UHGV virus genome: UHGV-1351772
Reading direction: 5' to 3' (one strand)
Origin: a virus
Length of the DNA stretch: 64,000 nt
Shown here: piece by piece, positions 46,808 through 56,695 of the stretch
How the letters are laid out: each line of letters begins with the position of its first letter
How positions within the stretch are numbered: position 1 is the first letter of the stretch
Position numbers and translations under genes: made by a program
Notes under the pieces: generated by a model
Told to the model about the DNA's origin: nothing
Database searches by the model: none
Seen by the model: the letters and a program-made list of their open reading frames with translations, nothing else

Positions 46808-47275
46808 TTAGATTTCCTTTATCATTTCCCTGCATTCGGTACGGAATCCCATTTTCTCATACAAGGAGATAGCTTTAACGTTGTTGTCTAACACATCCAG
46901 ACTCATCCAACCACAACCTTTGGACTTTCCGTATTCACGAACTTTGTCCATAAGCGCACGTCCTACCCCTTGAGAACGTGCTTCGGGAATCACATAGTAG
47001 TTCCCAATATAAACAAATGTGTCCTTCGAGCAAGAACCTATTGAGAACGTCATGAAACCCAGAAGTTGTTCGTTGTCATCCACGGCACACGCACAGAGAT
47101 AATCTTGGGGCCAAATCTCTTCTAAGTGTTCAATTGGGTTGAACGTGTCGCGACCGGTTAACTGACTAATACGCACTTTCTCTTCTGCGAACAACATGTT
47201 GTGCAGTTTGAGTACCTGGTCGCCGTATAACTTTCCGTATTTACTGTCGGGTTTGAGAATAATAGTGATACGCAT
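46808..47275 (-). CDS. GNAT-family N-acetyltransferase
   Basis: Motif ARSQGVGRALMDKV (R-x-x-G-x-G-x-x-L) and ISLYEKMGF; 155 aa, typical GNAT size. Confidence 0.65.
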   Translation of the reverse strand: MRITIILKPDSKYGKLYGDQVLKLHNMLFAEEKVRISQLTGRDTFNPIEHLEEIWPQDYLCACAVDDNEQLLGFMTFSIGSCSKDTFVYIGNYYVIPEARSQGVGRALMDKVREYGKSKGCGWMSLDVLDNNVKAISLYEKMGFRTECREMIKEI

Positions 47276-48408
47276 TATTTAACCTCAATCAGTGACAACC
47301 TGCACCACTCCAGTAACCCTTCCGCAACGCGCACTAACGAGGTAGTAAACGCATCTTCTAAACGCAGTGCGTTTTTATAACGTACGGTAGCGTCGCGTAA
47401 CTCCCGCCCTTCAAGCGACTTAAGTTCCTTACGCATACGCTGAATTTCGTCATAAATTCCTGTATACCCTACACTACGTCGTTTCGCACCACGCTGACGT
47501 AACGCTCGGATAATGTTTCTAACGGCGTCGAGTGCTGAACCGATTTCGTGCAAGTTCAGAGATTTGATTGTGTGGCCAAAATCACCATCGCGAGCAATCG
47601 CCCATTCAATCTTACCGCTGTCGTGTTCAACGACCACCACGTTACCTGGCCACGGATATGCTTTCACCGTTTTAAACGGATCGATAATACCAAACAACCC
47701 TGCGCTTCGTTTAATCGCCCAGTTCGTTGACCGACCCACTTTCTCCAAACCGCTCTCGGTAACTTTCTTGCTCTTACCGATTAACGTACGTGTTTTAACG
47801 GTATACTCGTTGACCATCGCATCCATTGCACTCAGGTTCTTACTGAACTCAATACATGCTTTTACGTTAGGCTTGTCTTCTAAACAAACTTTGGTTGTCC
47901 AACTTCCCGTGTCACAGTCAACCGGTTCTAAAGTGTCCTTGATACCGAGTAAACTTAAACGTGCTTCTAACTTCTGTAGCTTGCGCTCTAACGACGATGC
48001 TTTGGACGTCGCTTCTTTCAGTTCATTAATAACTTCTTTACCGGCGGCTTCCGCGAAGTCGATAAAACGTAAGGCCAATTGCTTAGAATGTTTACCTGCG
48101 AATTTTCCAGACGCTTTGGCTCCCGCCACTGCTGCTTTTCCAGCAACGCGTCCAACTCCCTTAACCGCTCTGCCGGTCGCACGCGCGACCGCTTTACCTA
48201 CCCCTGCGTAAGGCTCGGTGTCCGCAACAAATTGCGCGCGTTCCATCATCGCTGCAGACTCCAACGCAACGTGGACATCATCTAAAGCCCACCGTTTTCG
48301 GATAGCGACAACCGCCGGATAATTGTCTTTAACATTAAGCGATTCTAACTCGACCAAACGATCGTAGTCATCGCAAAGGACTTCTAAATCGGAATCTAAT
48401 GTTGACAT
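47275..48408 (-). CDS. hypothetical protein with Ala/Gly/Lys-rich segment
   Basis: 377-aa ORF; low-complexity GKAVARATGRAVKGVGRVAGKAAVAGAK region. Confidence 0.5.
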   Translation of the reverse strand: MSTLDSDLEVLCDDYDRLVELESLNVKDNYPAVVAIRKRWALDDVHVALESAAMMERAQFVADTEPYAGVGKAVARATGRAVKGVGRVAGKAAVAGAKASGKFAGKHSKQLALRFIDFAEAAGKEVINELKEATSKASSLERKLQKLEARLSLLGIKDTLEPVDCDTGSWTTKVCLEDKPNVKACIEFSKNLSAMDAMVNEYTVKTRTLIGKSKKVTESGLEKVGRSTNWAIKRSAGLFGIIDPFKTVKAYPWPGNVVVVEHDSGKIEWAIARDGDFGHTIKSLNLHEIGSALDAVRNIIRALRQRGAKRRSVGYTGIYDEIQRMRKELKSLEGRELRDATVRYKNALRLEDAFTTSLVRVAEGLLEWCRLSLIEVK

Positions 48409-48458
48409 CCTTTACCCCATTTTAAGCTAAAGCGGGGAGAAGCCCGCCCTGACTAACT

Positions 48459-49007
48459 TCATAATAAGCGTAGGTCTTCTAACCACTTAGATGCATCCGT
48501 AACATGATAATAACAAGGGATGTTCAGTGACTGTGCGTAGCGGACACCCATCGCCGTACCCCCTTTTGGATTTCCCTTTTTATCATGCTCAGCGTAATAA
48601 TAGACGGCGTCTACATGATCGTCCAAAGAATCACCGGATACAATATTTAAGTTTCGTCCATGCAACGCCCAAGCTATTTCCGATAGCTTATCAGGATTAG
48701 GGTGAAGCGATGCCACAATCCCACGATAACGGACGTCTTGTGGAATAACGCGAAAATCCACATTCGGATGTAACTTACGTAACCACAACTTACGTTCGTC
48801 AGGCAAATAGCAAATATGTGGACCTGGTTCAGTACGTGCTAACATAAACTGTAATTGGTCTGGTCCTTTGTAACAACCGCCTGACCGCGTTTCGATACTG
48901 TGCTGTTTATTACGAAGAATTTTGAACCCGCGTTGCAACACATCCAACATTTCATGCATCGTATCTTCGGGCGTTTCTCGAGAACCAATAATAGCAATTT
49001 TATACAT
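48459..49007 (-). CDS. hypothetical protein, possibly Rossmann-fold SLOG/DprA-like
   Basis: N-terminal IAIIGSRE resembles the start of DprA/LOG-type Rossmann folds; weak. Confidence 0.35.
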   Translation of the reverse strand: MYKIAIIGSRETPEDTMHEMLDVLQRGFKILRNKQHSIETRSGGCYKGPDQLQFMLARTEPGPHICYLPDERKLWLRKLHPNVDFRVIPQDVRYRGIVASLHPNPDKLSEIAWALHGRNLNIVSGDSLDDHVDAVYYYAEHDKKGNPKGGTAMGVRYAQSLNIPCYYHVTDASKWLEDLRLL

Positions 49008-49035
49008 TTGTCACCTCCATACTGAAGTTGTGAAG

Positions 49036-49081
49036 TGAAAAAAAAAGAAAGCAGGAGAGAACCTTTTCAGGGTTCTCTCCT
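49036..49081 (-). terminator. rho-independent terminator (minus strand)
   Basis: Stem AGGAGAGAACC / GGTTCTCTCCT followed by T9 on the minus strand. Confidence 0.65.
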
Positions 49082-49094
49082 ATCGGTGATGTTA

Positions 49095-49757
49095 TCACGC
49101 TTCTAAACCACTTAAAACGACGGTCTCGAGTAACGCTTTGCCCATCCAGACGTCCAACTCACCATCTAAGCCCCCTAAAGGACGTTTATTCAGTTCGTTG
49201 TTGTAATTAAGTCCGTCAAGGGTTTTATTCGTAATAATTTGCCCAATATGAAGCGGTAGAATAAATCGATTTCGTGCGCTATAAATAAACGAATCACATT
49301 CGTAAATTACCACATAGCGCTCGAGATCCTCATCATACTCAACGTGACACTGCGAGCCCGTGTCCCATGCACGCGACAAAACCATACCACGGTCTTGACA
49401 CATCTTCTCCACCGACACTTTCGCGGACTCTGCCCATTTATCGTAATTTTTAGGTTGGCCGTTTTCGAAATCGAACCAATCCAGATACTTACCGGGAATA
49501 TCAAGAAAGTCGTTCAATTGAAGTTTCGTGTAAGATATCATCACCGCGTCGTTAATATCATTGCGGTTAGTTAACTTTACTCGATACCGACCTTCCGGTG
49601 TGGGTGCGCCTATTAAAGAAACATCCACTTTCTCAGCCGAAAGCTTTTTACGTACACTGCCGCTATTACAGTAACTAACGAGGTTGAGTAAGTTCTGTCT
49701 ATGACCAACTTCAAAATCAATTACAAAAGACATACAAACTCCGCGGGGGTTAATCAC
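49095..49757 (-). CDS. hypothetical protein
   Basis: 220-aa ORF. Confidence 0.5.
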   Translation of the reverse strand: MINPRGVCMSFVIDFEVGHRQNLLNLVSYCNSGSVRKKLSAEKVDVSLIGAPTPEGRYRVKLTNRNDINDAVMISYTKLQLNDFLDIPGKYLDWFDFENGQPKNYDKWAESAKVSVEKMCQDRGMVLSRAWDTGSQCHVEYDEDLERYVVIYECDSFIYSARNRFILPLHIGQIITNKTLDGLNYNNELNKRPLGGLDGELDVWMGKALLETVVLSGLEA

Positions 49758-50149
49758 TAATACCCGTATAACGGGTACCGTGCGGTGATCTCATCACCAA
49801 CATAGAAAGTTAAACGTTGAACATTAATACTTTTATTTGCGTAGGGTACAGTTTCTAACGTTACCTTTACACTGGCAGAGCAACTACCCGGATCAACAAA
49901 CTGATATGTACGCCGTTTGATGTTTACCAAATAGTAGCCGCCTGCCGGGCACAATTCGGTTTTACCGTAATTTACCGTGGCGAACTCATCGTTTTGAACT
50001 GCAACAACTGGCTGGTCGGTAGATTTAAAAACGACGGGTTTATCGCCCGGCACTGTAGGTTCAAAACGACTAATATCGTGCGGTTTAAATTCCGCGAACG
50101 CGGAAAATGAAAGTAACGTTAGAAATAGGGTAATGACAGTTCGTTTCAT
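49757..50149 (-). CDS. secreted/periplasmic hypothetical protein
   Basis: N-terminal signal peptide MKRTVITLFLTLLSFSAFA. Confidence 0.5.
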   Translation of the reverse strand: MKRTVITLFLTLLSFSAFAEFKPHDISRFEPTVPGDKPVVFKSTDQPVVAVQNDEFATVNYGKTELCPAGGYYLVNIKRRTYQFVDPGSCSASVKVTLETVPYANKSINVQRLTFYVGDEITARYPLYGY

Positions 50150-50625
50150 CGGTCTACCTCATCAAGATGATCGCGTAGCCATGGCATCGACTCTAAGCGC
50201 GGAATCATATTCCGTGTGTTCGGCGAAAACCATAGCGCTTCACGATATTTCTTTTTGAAACGTTCCCAGTGATACGAGAAAGGTTTGGGTGTAAAACCGC
50301 GCTCTTTTAGCACCTCCTCCCAAACCAAGTCTTTAATAAAATCGTCCACTAAAATTAATACCAACACTTTCCATTTACTGCGTCGGTAGTGCCGTGTAAA
50401 AGATTTGCGGAGATCAGAAAAGTCCTCTCGACGACGAGAACGTACTGCTGGAGTTGCCTTCTCTTTAAATTGCGAACAAGGATTATGTTGTAGTATCGTT
50501 ACAGGAACTCCCCGAACACGGCCTGTACGTAAATCAACCTCGTGTGCGGGGATAACTTCAACGCAACGTAACACTTTTGCTTTATTGCCTTCCAAGCACC
50601 GCGTCTCATATTCGACACGAATCAT
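50146..50625 (-). CDS. hypothetical basic protein
   Basis: 159-aa ORF. Confidence 0.45.
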   Translation of the reverse strand: MIRVEYETRCLEGNKAKVLRCVEVIPAHEVDLRTGRVRGVPVTILQHNPCSQFKEKATPAVRSRRREDFSDLRKSFTRHYRRSKWKVLVLILVDDFIKDLVWEEVLKERGFTPKPFSYHWERFKKKYREALWFSPNTRNMIPRLESMPWLRDHLDEVDR

Positions 50626-50644
50626 TTTGGGCTCTCAACTGTTT

Positions 50645-51121
50645 CTAATAAATCTTATCCGCAACAGAGAGAAAGATGGGGGTGTTTTCAATAAAATCCA
50701 CCAAATATCCTTCTTCCGGCGGGGCGTATGACGAATCAACGTTACTGTTCGTCATACGAAAATACCGACGGGAGTCACTGGCAATAAACCATCGGTCTAT
50801 TTGGAAGCCTTTTTTGGAAAAGAAACACAGTCCGTCAATGTTTGAGGGATGCACACGACACATCACCATTTGACGATCTGAATTAAGTTGAACGTATTTC
50901 AGTAAAAAGGAACCTACACCGCTACGGCGAGAACCTTCGGCCACTACCAGATAGATAAGATTCCCCGGCTCCCAGATTGCAACCCCATGTGTAATATCAT
51001 CTTCAACGGCCAACGTGATTCTAACTGGCGTTTCCCGAATCGAATTTAAGTCTTTGACGTATTCACGTAATTCAGGAAATTTAGCGGAAATTTTGTCTTC
51101 GGTAATATCTAACTGCTGCAT
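50645..51121 (-). CDS. GNAT-family N-acetyltransferase (probable)
   Basis: Motif SRRSGVGSFLLKYV (R-x-x-G-x-G); 158 aa. Confidence 0.5.
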   Translation of the reverse strand: MQQLDITEDKISAKFPELREYVKDLNSIRETPVRITLAVEDDITHGVAIWEPGNLIYLVVAEGSRRSGVGSFLLKYVQLNSDRQMVMCRVHPSNIDGLCFFSKKGFQIDRWFIASDSRRYFRMTNSNVDSSYAPPEEGYLVDFIENTPIFLSVADKIY

Positions 51122-51801
51122 TATTGTTCCCCTATCGATAAAACGTTTTTAACAAATTCATCCCACGTGGTGTTCCCACCAGAAGTAAATAAACTGCTAA
51201 GTGGAACGTTTCGATGCTGTGGAATAATCGCATCGAGCTTCGTTACTGGAACTTCGCTCCATAAAGCCCAACCGTACAACCCTTCCACCGTTTTTCTCTC
51301 ACCTCGTAGGGATGGCACCCACCAGGTAAACTGTATGAATCTTTTACCACGACAGATTTTAAGGCTGGTAGTAAAACCGTGGTCTAACATCCGAACGTCG
51401 TCAAACTTACAATTAATCGAGAAAAGACCATAACGGGCAAGCAATCTCCTTATCTGTAACATTAGGTCGTTTTGGTATTTGTTCAGTGTGACAGTGTCTA
51501 CAAAAACCTGTCCCTTCCCGACCCCAAACCCTTTCTTTTCTAAATGCTCCGCCATTAAGGCAGACGTACTCCCCTCTACACCCGGACAATCTAGACTGCC
51601 GGATAAAGGTACTGCACGATAATAGCGATGGAGCGTCTCTTGAAAAGCCGCCGTAACAATTTTTTCCTCTTTAACGAAATCAACAATTTCCCCATTGGAG
51701 GTGACCAACGGTCCAACCTTCAGGTCCTGAATAGGTATCAGTAACGTTCTGGTCATTAAGCGTAATGGTTCCACAATAGCACTCCTTCTTTTAAGTCTCA
51801 C
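51121..51801 (-). CDS. hypothetical protein
   Basis: 226-aa ORF. Confidence 0.5.
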   Translation of the reverse strand: MRLKRRSAIVEPLRLMTRTLLIPIQDLKVGPLVTSNGEIVDFVKEEKIVTAAFQETLHRYYRAVPLSGSLDCPGVEGSTSALMAEHLEKKGFGVGKGQVFVDTVTLNKYQNDLMLQIRRLLARYGLFSINCKFDDVRMLDHGFTTSLKICRGKRFIQFTWWVPSLRGERKTVEGLYGWALWSEVPVTKLDAIIPQHRNVPLSSLFTSGGNTTWDEFVKNVLSIGEQ

Positions 51802-51815
51802 AGTATGTTTAAAAA

Positions 51816-51860
51816 TTGTAAAAATAAAAAGAAGTAACCTCTACCCGAAGGTAGAGGTTA
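51816..51860 (-). terminator. rho-independent terminator (minus strand)
   Basis: Stem TAACCTCTACC / GGTAGAGGTTA, loop CGAA, T-rich run on the minus strand. Confidence 0.6.
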
Positions 51861-51863
51861 ATG

Positions 51864-52442
51864 TTATTTCGTTGTTGGGCTTTCTGTCTTCGACTTAAGC
51901 TGGCCTGATTTCTCAAGCTTCTTCTCAACAACTTTTGTGGCTATCTCAAGAGACTTATAAGCCAACGTTTTAATCGGCCAAGTCGCAAAAACAACCAACG
52001 CAAAGAACGGTACCAACGTCACAATCAGAACATCTAAACTGTCTTCTGGAAAATGTTGATGCGTGTCATAACCCAGGAAACCGGTTACAACAACCGTCGC
52101 TAACGTCAGGAGGGCAATAATGAACTTCTGGGGAGCGGATAATTTCGGCCATAAGGTTAGCATGGTTTCTTTGCTAATCTCATCCCCTAGAGATTCCACA
52201 GCGTCAGTTGCCTGCTGATGGAATTGTTCTGATATTTTGCCTAAGTTATCGATTAGCGTCGGGCGTAAGTCGGAAAGAATCTTTGTTCCCGAACGGGTAA
52301 CGTCAACGTCGACGTCATCCCCATACGCCGCTTTCAAGAGTTTCGTTAACTGTTCAGACTGTTCTTTACTTAACTTTCTGTTTCCAGCTTGGATCAATAA
52401 GTCAAGTATTTCAGTGGGTAGTGCTTGTGTGCTCGGTTCCAT
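51864..52442 (-). CDS. membrane protein
   Basis: Two hydrophobic helices (FIIALLTLATVVVTGFLGY; LIVTLVPFFALVVFATWPI). Confidence 0.5.
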   Translation of the reverse strand: MEPSTQALPTEILDLLIQAGNRKLSKEQSEQLTKLLKAAYGDDVDVDVTRSGTKILSDLRPTLIDNLGKISEQFHQQATDAVESLGDEISKETMLTLWPKLSAPQKFIIALLTLATVVVTGFLGYDTHQHFPEDSLDVLIVTLVPFFALVVFATWPIKTLAYKSLEIATKVVEKKLEKSGQLKSKTESPTTK

Positions 52443-53086
52443 TATCGTTTTCTCCGACGCCTTCTCCGCCTGGAGGTCTTAGTCGACTTTTGTTTAGGCG
52501 GTAGCAGGCTGTTTAAGTTTAACAGATTTACCCTGACGAAAATATTTCCCACCGCCACAGCATCAATACTGTGCTCATCTAACGTTGTAATATCAAACAA
52601 AGCATGTTCGCGATAGAGCTTGGTCACGGCCCGAAACATATCGGTTTTATCCGTCCCCTTCGCTTCCACCCCAACGAATGATTTTACAATGATAGGATTG
52701 AAGCCGTGTAAAATTTTCTCCGGGTAAACGTCCCACAAAGTACGTCGCAACATTAATTGTAGTTCGACACCAGATTCATAAGCGGAGAGTTTTGCTCTCC
52801 GCATAAACGGTGTCTCTGTTGCAACGAAAGTTGGGCAGGCAATCCGAAGAAATTCACGGTAACAAGCTTCGAGCTTAACTAAACGATCGTCACGTTTACC
52901 GACACACTCTGCAAACGCATTTGGATGCGTTGGGTCTAATACATGCATGGTATCAGCCCAAACCACTTCGGCTTGATCGCTGCCGTATTCCCAATCCAAT
53001 ACTGCCATACCAAGATGGCTAGTACCGGGGTCTATTGCCGCGATTCTTACCATCTTATCTGGAAGTCTCGGCTCGGGTATCAACAT
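52442..53086 (-). CDS. RuvC-like Holliday-junction resolvase with poly-Arg C-terminal tail
   Basis: IAAIDPGTSHLGMAVLD (RuvC N-terminal Asp), FVATETPFM (catalytic Glu region), EHSIDAVAVG (C-terminal acidic/His region); C-terminal RRRRRRRKR. Confidence 0.55.
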   Translation of the reverse strand: MLIPEPRLPDKMVRIAAIDPGTSHLGMAVLDWEYGSDQAEVVWADTMHVLDPTHPNAFAECVGKRDDRLVKLEACYREFLRIACPTFVATETPFMRRAKLSAYESGVELQLMLRRTLWDVYPEKILHGFNPIIVKSFVGVEAKGTDKTDMFRAVTKLYREHALFDITTLDEHSIDAVAVGNIFVRVNLLNLNSLLPPKQKSTKTSRRRRRRRKR

Positions 53087-53973
53087 CAGTTAGCTGTCCC
53101 CAGGAAGAACGGTGCAGGCTGTCCGATACGAATGGTCAAAGACAATTTGTCATTCGTCTGTGCCAGGTTGGTAAACATCGAAATATAGTACAACGCCTGA
53201 ACACCGATCGCCTCGTTATAGCTGAATTTAGACCCAGTTGCAGAATCCCCGGACGCGACCTGGTCTAACCCTGAGCAGAGTGCCAGTTCAGAGATAATTG
53301 AACTACGCGGGCTACCACGCATAATGCTCGTTACGTTCATATATTCCTGAACATCAAAGTCTGTCCACGGAATAACCAGGTCAGCACCTGACTCCACATA
53401 ACGGCCATCTGGGATTGCAACGGTACCATCGTCGTCGTAATCGTAGTCCGGCAATACTTTCGGTACGGGGTTTAATTCCGTGTCTGTGTACACAAAGTCT
53501 TCGACGGTCTCAACACCGTTCTCACGCCTGATATCGTAATCGGTGGTTTTTACAGCGCGCATGTCGATGCGTTTTAAATAATACGCCCAGTATTCGCGTT
53601 TGTTAAACGTTTCCAAAGTACGAAAAGCGTAGTTCTTACGTTGTTCGTCAGACAGATCATTGTCTTTTGTACGCAGGACAAACGGAACGCGGGAAAACAT
53701 CCCGGAAGCAATAGGTTCTTTACCTACAGGCACAACGTCAGCCACCACATCAGAGGTGTCGACCATATGACCACGGTTGCCAATTGCCATGTACTGCAAA
53801 TGAGGACGCGCTTTACCGTCCGGCACTGGTGTTTGCATGAGTTTATAAAACTCATTCAGTGTGGATTTTTGCGGGTATTGCACGTCAGCACCGGTAATTA
53901 ATGCGGTAGCCAAACGCATCGCATTAAGCGTTACCGTCGAGAGTTTACCGTCGTAAACTTTGACATTAGACAT
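53086..53973 (-). CDS. hypothetical protein
   Basis: 295-aa ORF. Confidence 0.5.
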   Translation of the reverse strand: MSNVKVYDGKLSTVTLNAMRLATALITGADVQYPQKSTLNEFYKLMQTPVPDGKARPHLQYMAIGNRGHMVDTSDVVADVVPVGKEPIASGMFSRVPFVLRTKDNDLSDEQRKNYAFRTLETFNKREYWAYYLKRIDMRAVKTTDYDIRRENGVETVEDFVYTDTELNPVPKVLPDYDYDDDGTVAIPDGRYVESGADLVIPWTDFDVQEYMNVTSIMRGSPRSSIISELALCSGLDQVASGDSATGSKFSYNEAIGVQALYYISMFTNLAQTNDKLSLTIRIGQPAPFFLGTAN

Positions 53974-54493
53974 TGATTAATTCTCCTGGGCGGAACCCAT
54001 CCAACGCTAATTTCGTCACAAGAGACGCCAATTTGCGTGGGGTGGAATCAGTAAATACGACCGGAATCGTTCCTTTAAAAGACAAATGATTCGGGACGAG
54101 ACGAACATCATAAGAATCCAGCTCCTCTGAAATCGGCTCAATCATAATGTCGTCAGCACGCAGGTCAATCCCTGTTTGTGCAACGATATAATCAGCCAAC
54201 TCTTCGCTGGACGTTACTGCGCCTTTCGGTACACTCACCGGTTCATCGGCCAGGAACGTTGCCAAATCAACGCGAGTTAAAATGAATTCCTGGTTACCGA
54301 CAACGCCGTTACGGAAGACGGCAGCAACCTTTGATTCTAGTCCGTAACGTTGACGTTCTGCTAAAGTTAGTGGTTGAACGCCGTTTGCGTTAAACTCGAT
54401 GTTATCAGCAGTATAGGATAGACTAAATACGTAGTTAATCCGGTCTACTAAAATTTGTTTAGGTGCTTTCGTTAAATCGACACGATATGCCAT
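53966..54493 (-). CDS. hypothetical protein
   Basis: 175-aa ORF. Confidence 0.5.
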   Translation of the reverse strand: MAYRVDLTKAPKQILVDRINYVFSLSYTADNIEFNANGVQPLTLAERQRYGLESKVAAVFRNGVVGNQEFILTRVDLATFLADEPVSVPKGAVTSSEELADYIVAQTGIDLRADDIMIEPISEELDSYDVRLVPNHLSFKGTIPVVFTDSTPRKLASLVTKLALDGFRPGELINV

Positions 54494-54500
54494 GATTCTC

Positions 54501-56684
54501 TCACTTAGGTAGCTGGTCTAACGTAAACCCTTCGAGATCGTTAATTTTCACCTGTTCGTTTAACGCCCAGTCGTCAAGTGAAGACTTGACCTTAACAACC
54601 CCGGTGGTCGGTTCATTAATATCCACCACGACTTGCTGATTCACTCTCACACGGATACCCATGTAAATGTTCATCCGTAGTTTGATGTGTTGCGGCATGG
54701 ACAGCTCTTTAATCACCGGCGCTGCGGGAAGCACTTTGTCCGTCGTCATGTATTGGTGTCGCGTAACTGACTGTACGCCTAAGAGAGGTTCAATGATGGT
54801 AACTGTACCCTCCCCACTCATAGGGATATCCCCTAAGATTGGACAAAGCGGGTCCATAACGTCGTAAGAATCTGACCCCATCCGTGCAGCAAAATGTACG
54901 GTATACGACGAAAGCGTGGTCATTAATCGAACCATCGCGCGCTGTATTTCAGATTGCGAAATGGTTGCACGCGTTTCAAGGTTTGTTGCGGTGTTCAATG
55001 CATCGACTGCAATATCTTGCCACGTCTCTGCAGAGACCAACGTATAGTCTAACCCAAAGGTCTTAAAGAACTCGTCATAGTTACGATACTTTAACTTTAA
55101 ATCACAGCGATAATCACGATAATGGTAATCGAACAGCATTAAGCCCGCAGCACGATCGGGAATCTTACGCCGGTTTTGGCTGTAACGCCAACGGCGTCGC
55201 TTCTGTAAGATAATTTCATTAATCGTATCGTAAAGTTCGTCGGCACTGAGAATGGTCCCGACCACCTCGGTGTGGGTGTCGGTGTAGTAGTTAATCAGCG
55301 CATCGAAACGGTGTTCCCAACTCGGGATAAGATGTTGTTCCATTTCATCGAAGGGCACCCAACGTTTAATCAACACATCAAAAACGTTAAATACGGGGAT
55401 TTCTTCAAGGGCAACATCGGAGTAACCTTTATACGCCGCGTACAAAAACAGTGCCAACAGTTCTTTCGAACTTAACTTTAATGTATCGCCGTTCGTTGGG
55501 TTAAGAATCTCGTGGTAGATGTTGTATTTTCCCTTCGCTACCAAATGTACCCATTCATTAAAGAGGTTATGTGTGTATTCAAAACGCTCAATAGCTTCTG
55601 GGTCAACGGCGGTTACTTCTACGAGCTTCGTCGTTAAGTTAGGATATTGTGTCAGACTCAGTCGCGTGTCTAAGTCTTCTTGGTACTCTGGTTCGTACGC
55701 CGGGTTGTTATACGCTAACCCCACCTCTTTTTGGATTATGTCCGTAGTGGTAACAATATCCAAATCGCGTCCAGAGTCTTTCTCTGTGTAGTTTAAAGAT
55801 TGCTGATAACCGATAGGCAACGGTGTTAAGGTTGAATCGTCATCATCTTTCGGTTCGTGAATCTGCTGCGCAACATTATACCCAACCGCAGGCATTCCCC
55901 AGCCTGTCAGTAGCGCATCGATTTGCCAATCGAAGATCTCCTCTTTCCCTGAATTGCGTTCCCAGTATCGAATATTTCGATAAAGAATGAATTTTTGTTT
56001 CTGAGTCAGGTACGGCATAAACTCATGCAGTTCCTGGTGCGAAGCTAAAAATTCGGTAACGAAGAAAGAGTGTGTTTCTGTCGTATGCTGTAAAGAAGAA
56101 CGAATATAACCAATTATGCCCGGTAGCTGCGGAAACAACATGCAGTAGAAAGCTAACACAAACGCATCGTTGTGGACCTTCCAACCCTCAGCCATGTACC
56201 GGACGTGGGCTGCACGAATTCTCGCTTCCAGTCGGCTAATCAATGACGTCTCTTGTGATTCTACTAACGAACTGTCGTAGTACAAAATAGAACAATCGTC
56301 TACACGTAACGCGTAATTTAAATCGATTGGCGTAAAGACGCCGCGAATATAAACCGCGTATTCGGGATAAGTTGCGATCAACGCCTCGATATACTCGACA
56401 TTCGAACGAAAAACGTTAGAGGTCTTTTTATGACGGGACAGGTTGGCTGTCGTTAATTCTATCTGCTCTTGCGTGTCGAGCGACGTGATGTAAATGGGTT
56501 TATCCATTTCGTGACGTTGTCCTGCTAAATGCAGGTAGTATCGCCACGTACTACGGTTATCGGAAACGAAACCGCCGTTCTCGGTTATTGCCAGATTCAT
56601 CTGTTGTGCGATTGATTCTGATTTAATAATCAGCGATTTCGCCAACGCGATGTTCTGATCACGAAATATGTTAAATCTCTGCAT
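54501..56684 (-). CDS. large hypothetical protein
   Basis: About 727 aa from the ATG at 56684; the track start at 56741 would overlap the divergent plus-strand gene start. Confidence 0.5.
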   Translation of the reverse strand: MQRFNIFRDQNIALAKSLIIKSESIAQQMNLAITENGGFVSDNRSTWRYYLHLAGQRHEMDKPIYITSLDTQEQIELTTANLSRHKKTSNVFRSNVEYIEALIATYPEYAVYIRGVFTPIDLNYALRVDDCSILYYDSSLVESQETSLISRLEARIRAAHVRYMAEGWKVHNDAFVLAFYCMLFPQLPGIIGYIRSSLQHTTETHSFFVTEFLASHQELHEFMPYLTQKQKFILYRNIRYWERNSGKEEIFDWQIDALLTGWGMPAVGYNVAQQIHEPKDDDDSTLTPLPIGYQQSLNYTEKDSGRDLDIVTTTDIIQKEVGLAYNNPAYEPEYQEDLDTRLSLTQYPNLTTKLVEVTAVDPEAIERFEYTHNLFNEWVHLVAKGKYNIYHEILNPTNGDTLKLSSKELLALFLYAAYKGYSDVALEEIPVFNVFDVLIKRWVPFDEMEQHLIPSWEHRFDALINYYTDTHTEVVGTILSADELYDTINEIILQKRRRWRYSQNRRKIPDRAAGLMLFDYHYRDYRCDLKLKYRNYDEFFKTFGLDYTLVSAETWQDIAVDALNTATNLETRATISQSEIQRAMVRLMTTLSSYTVHFAARMGSDSYDVMDPLCPILGDIPMSGEGTVTIIEPLLGVQSVTRHQYMTTDKVLPAAPVIKELSMPQHIKLRMNIYMGIRVRVNQQVVVDINEPTTGVVKVKSSLDDWALNEQVKINDLEGFTLDQLPK

Positions 56685-56695
56685 CGGAGACCCCA

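Noticed and set aside
47513-48211. 232-aa plus-strand ORF
   Set aside because: Lies entirely antisense within 47275..48408; no RBS and low-complexity translation.
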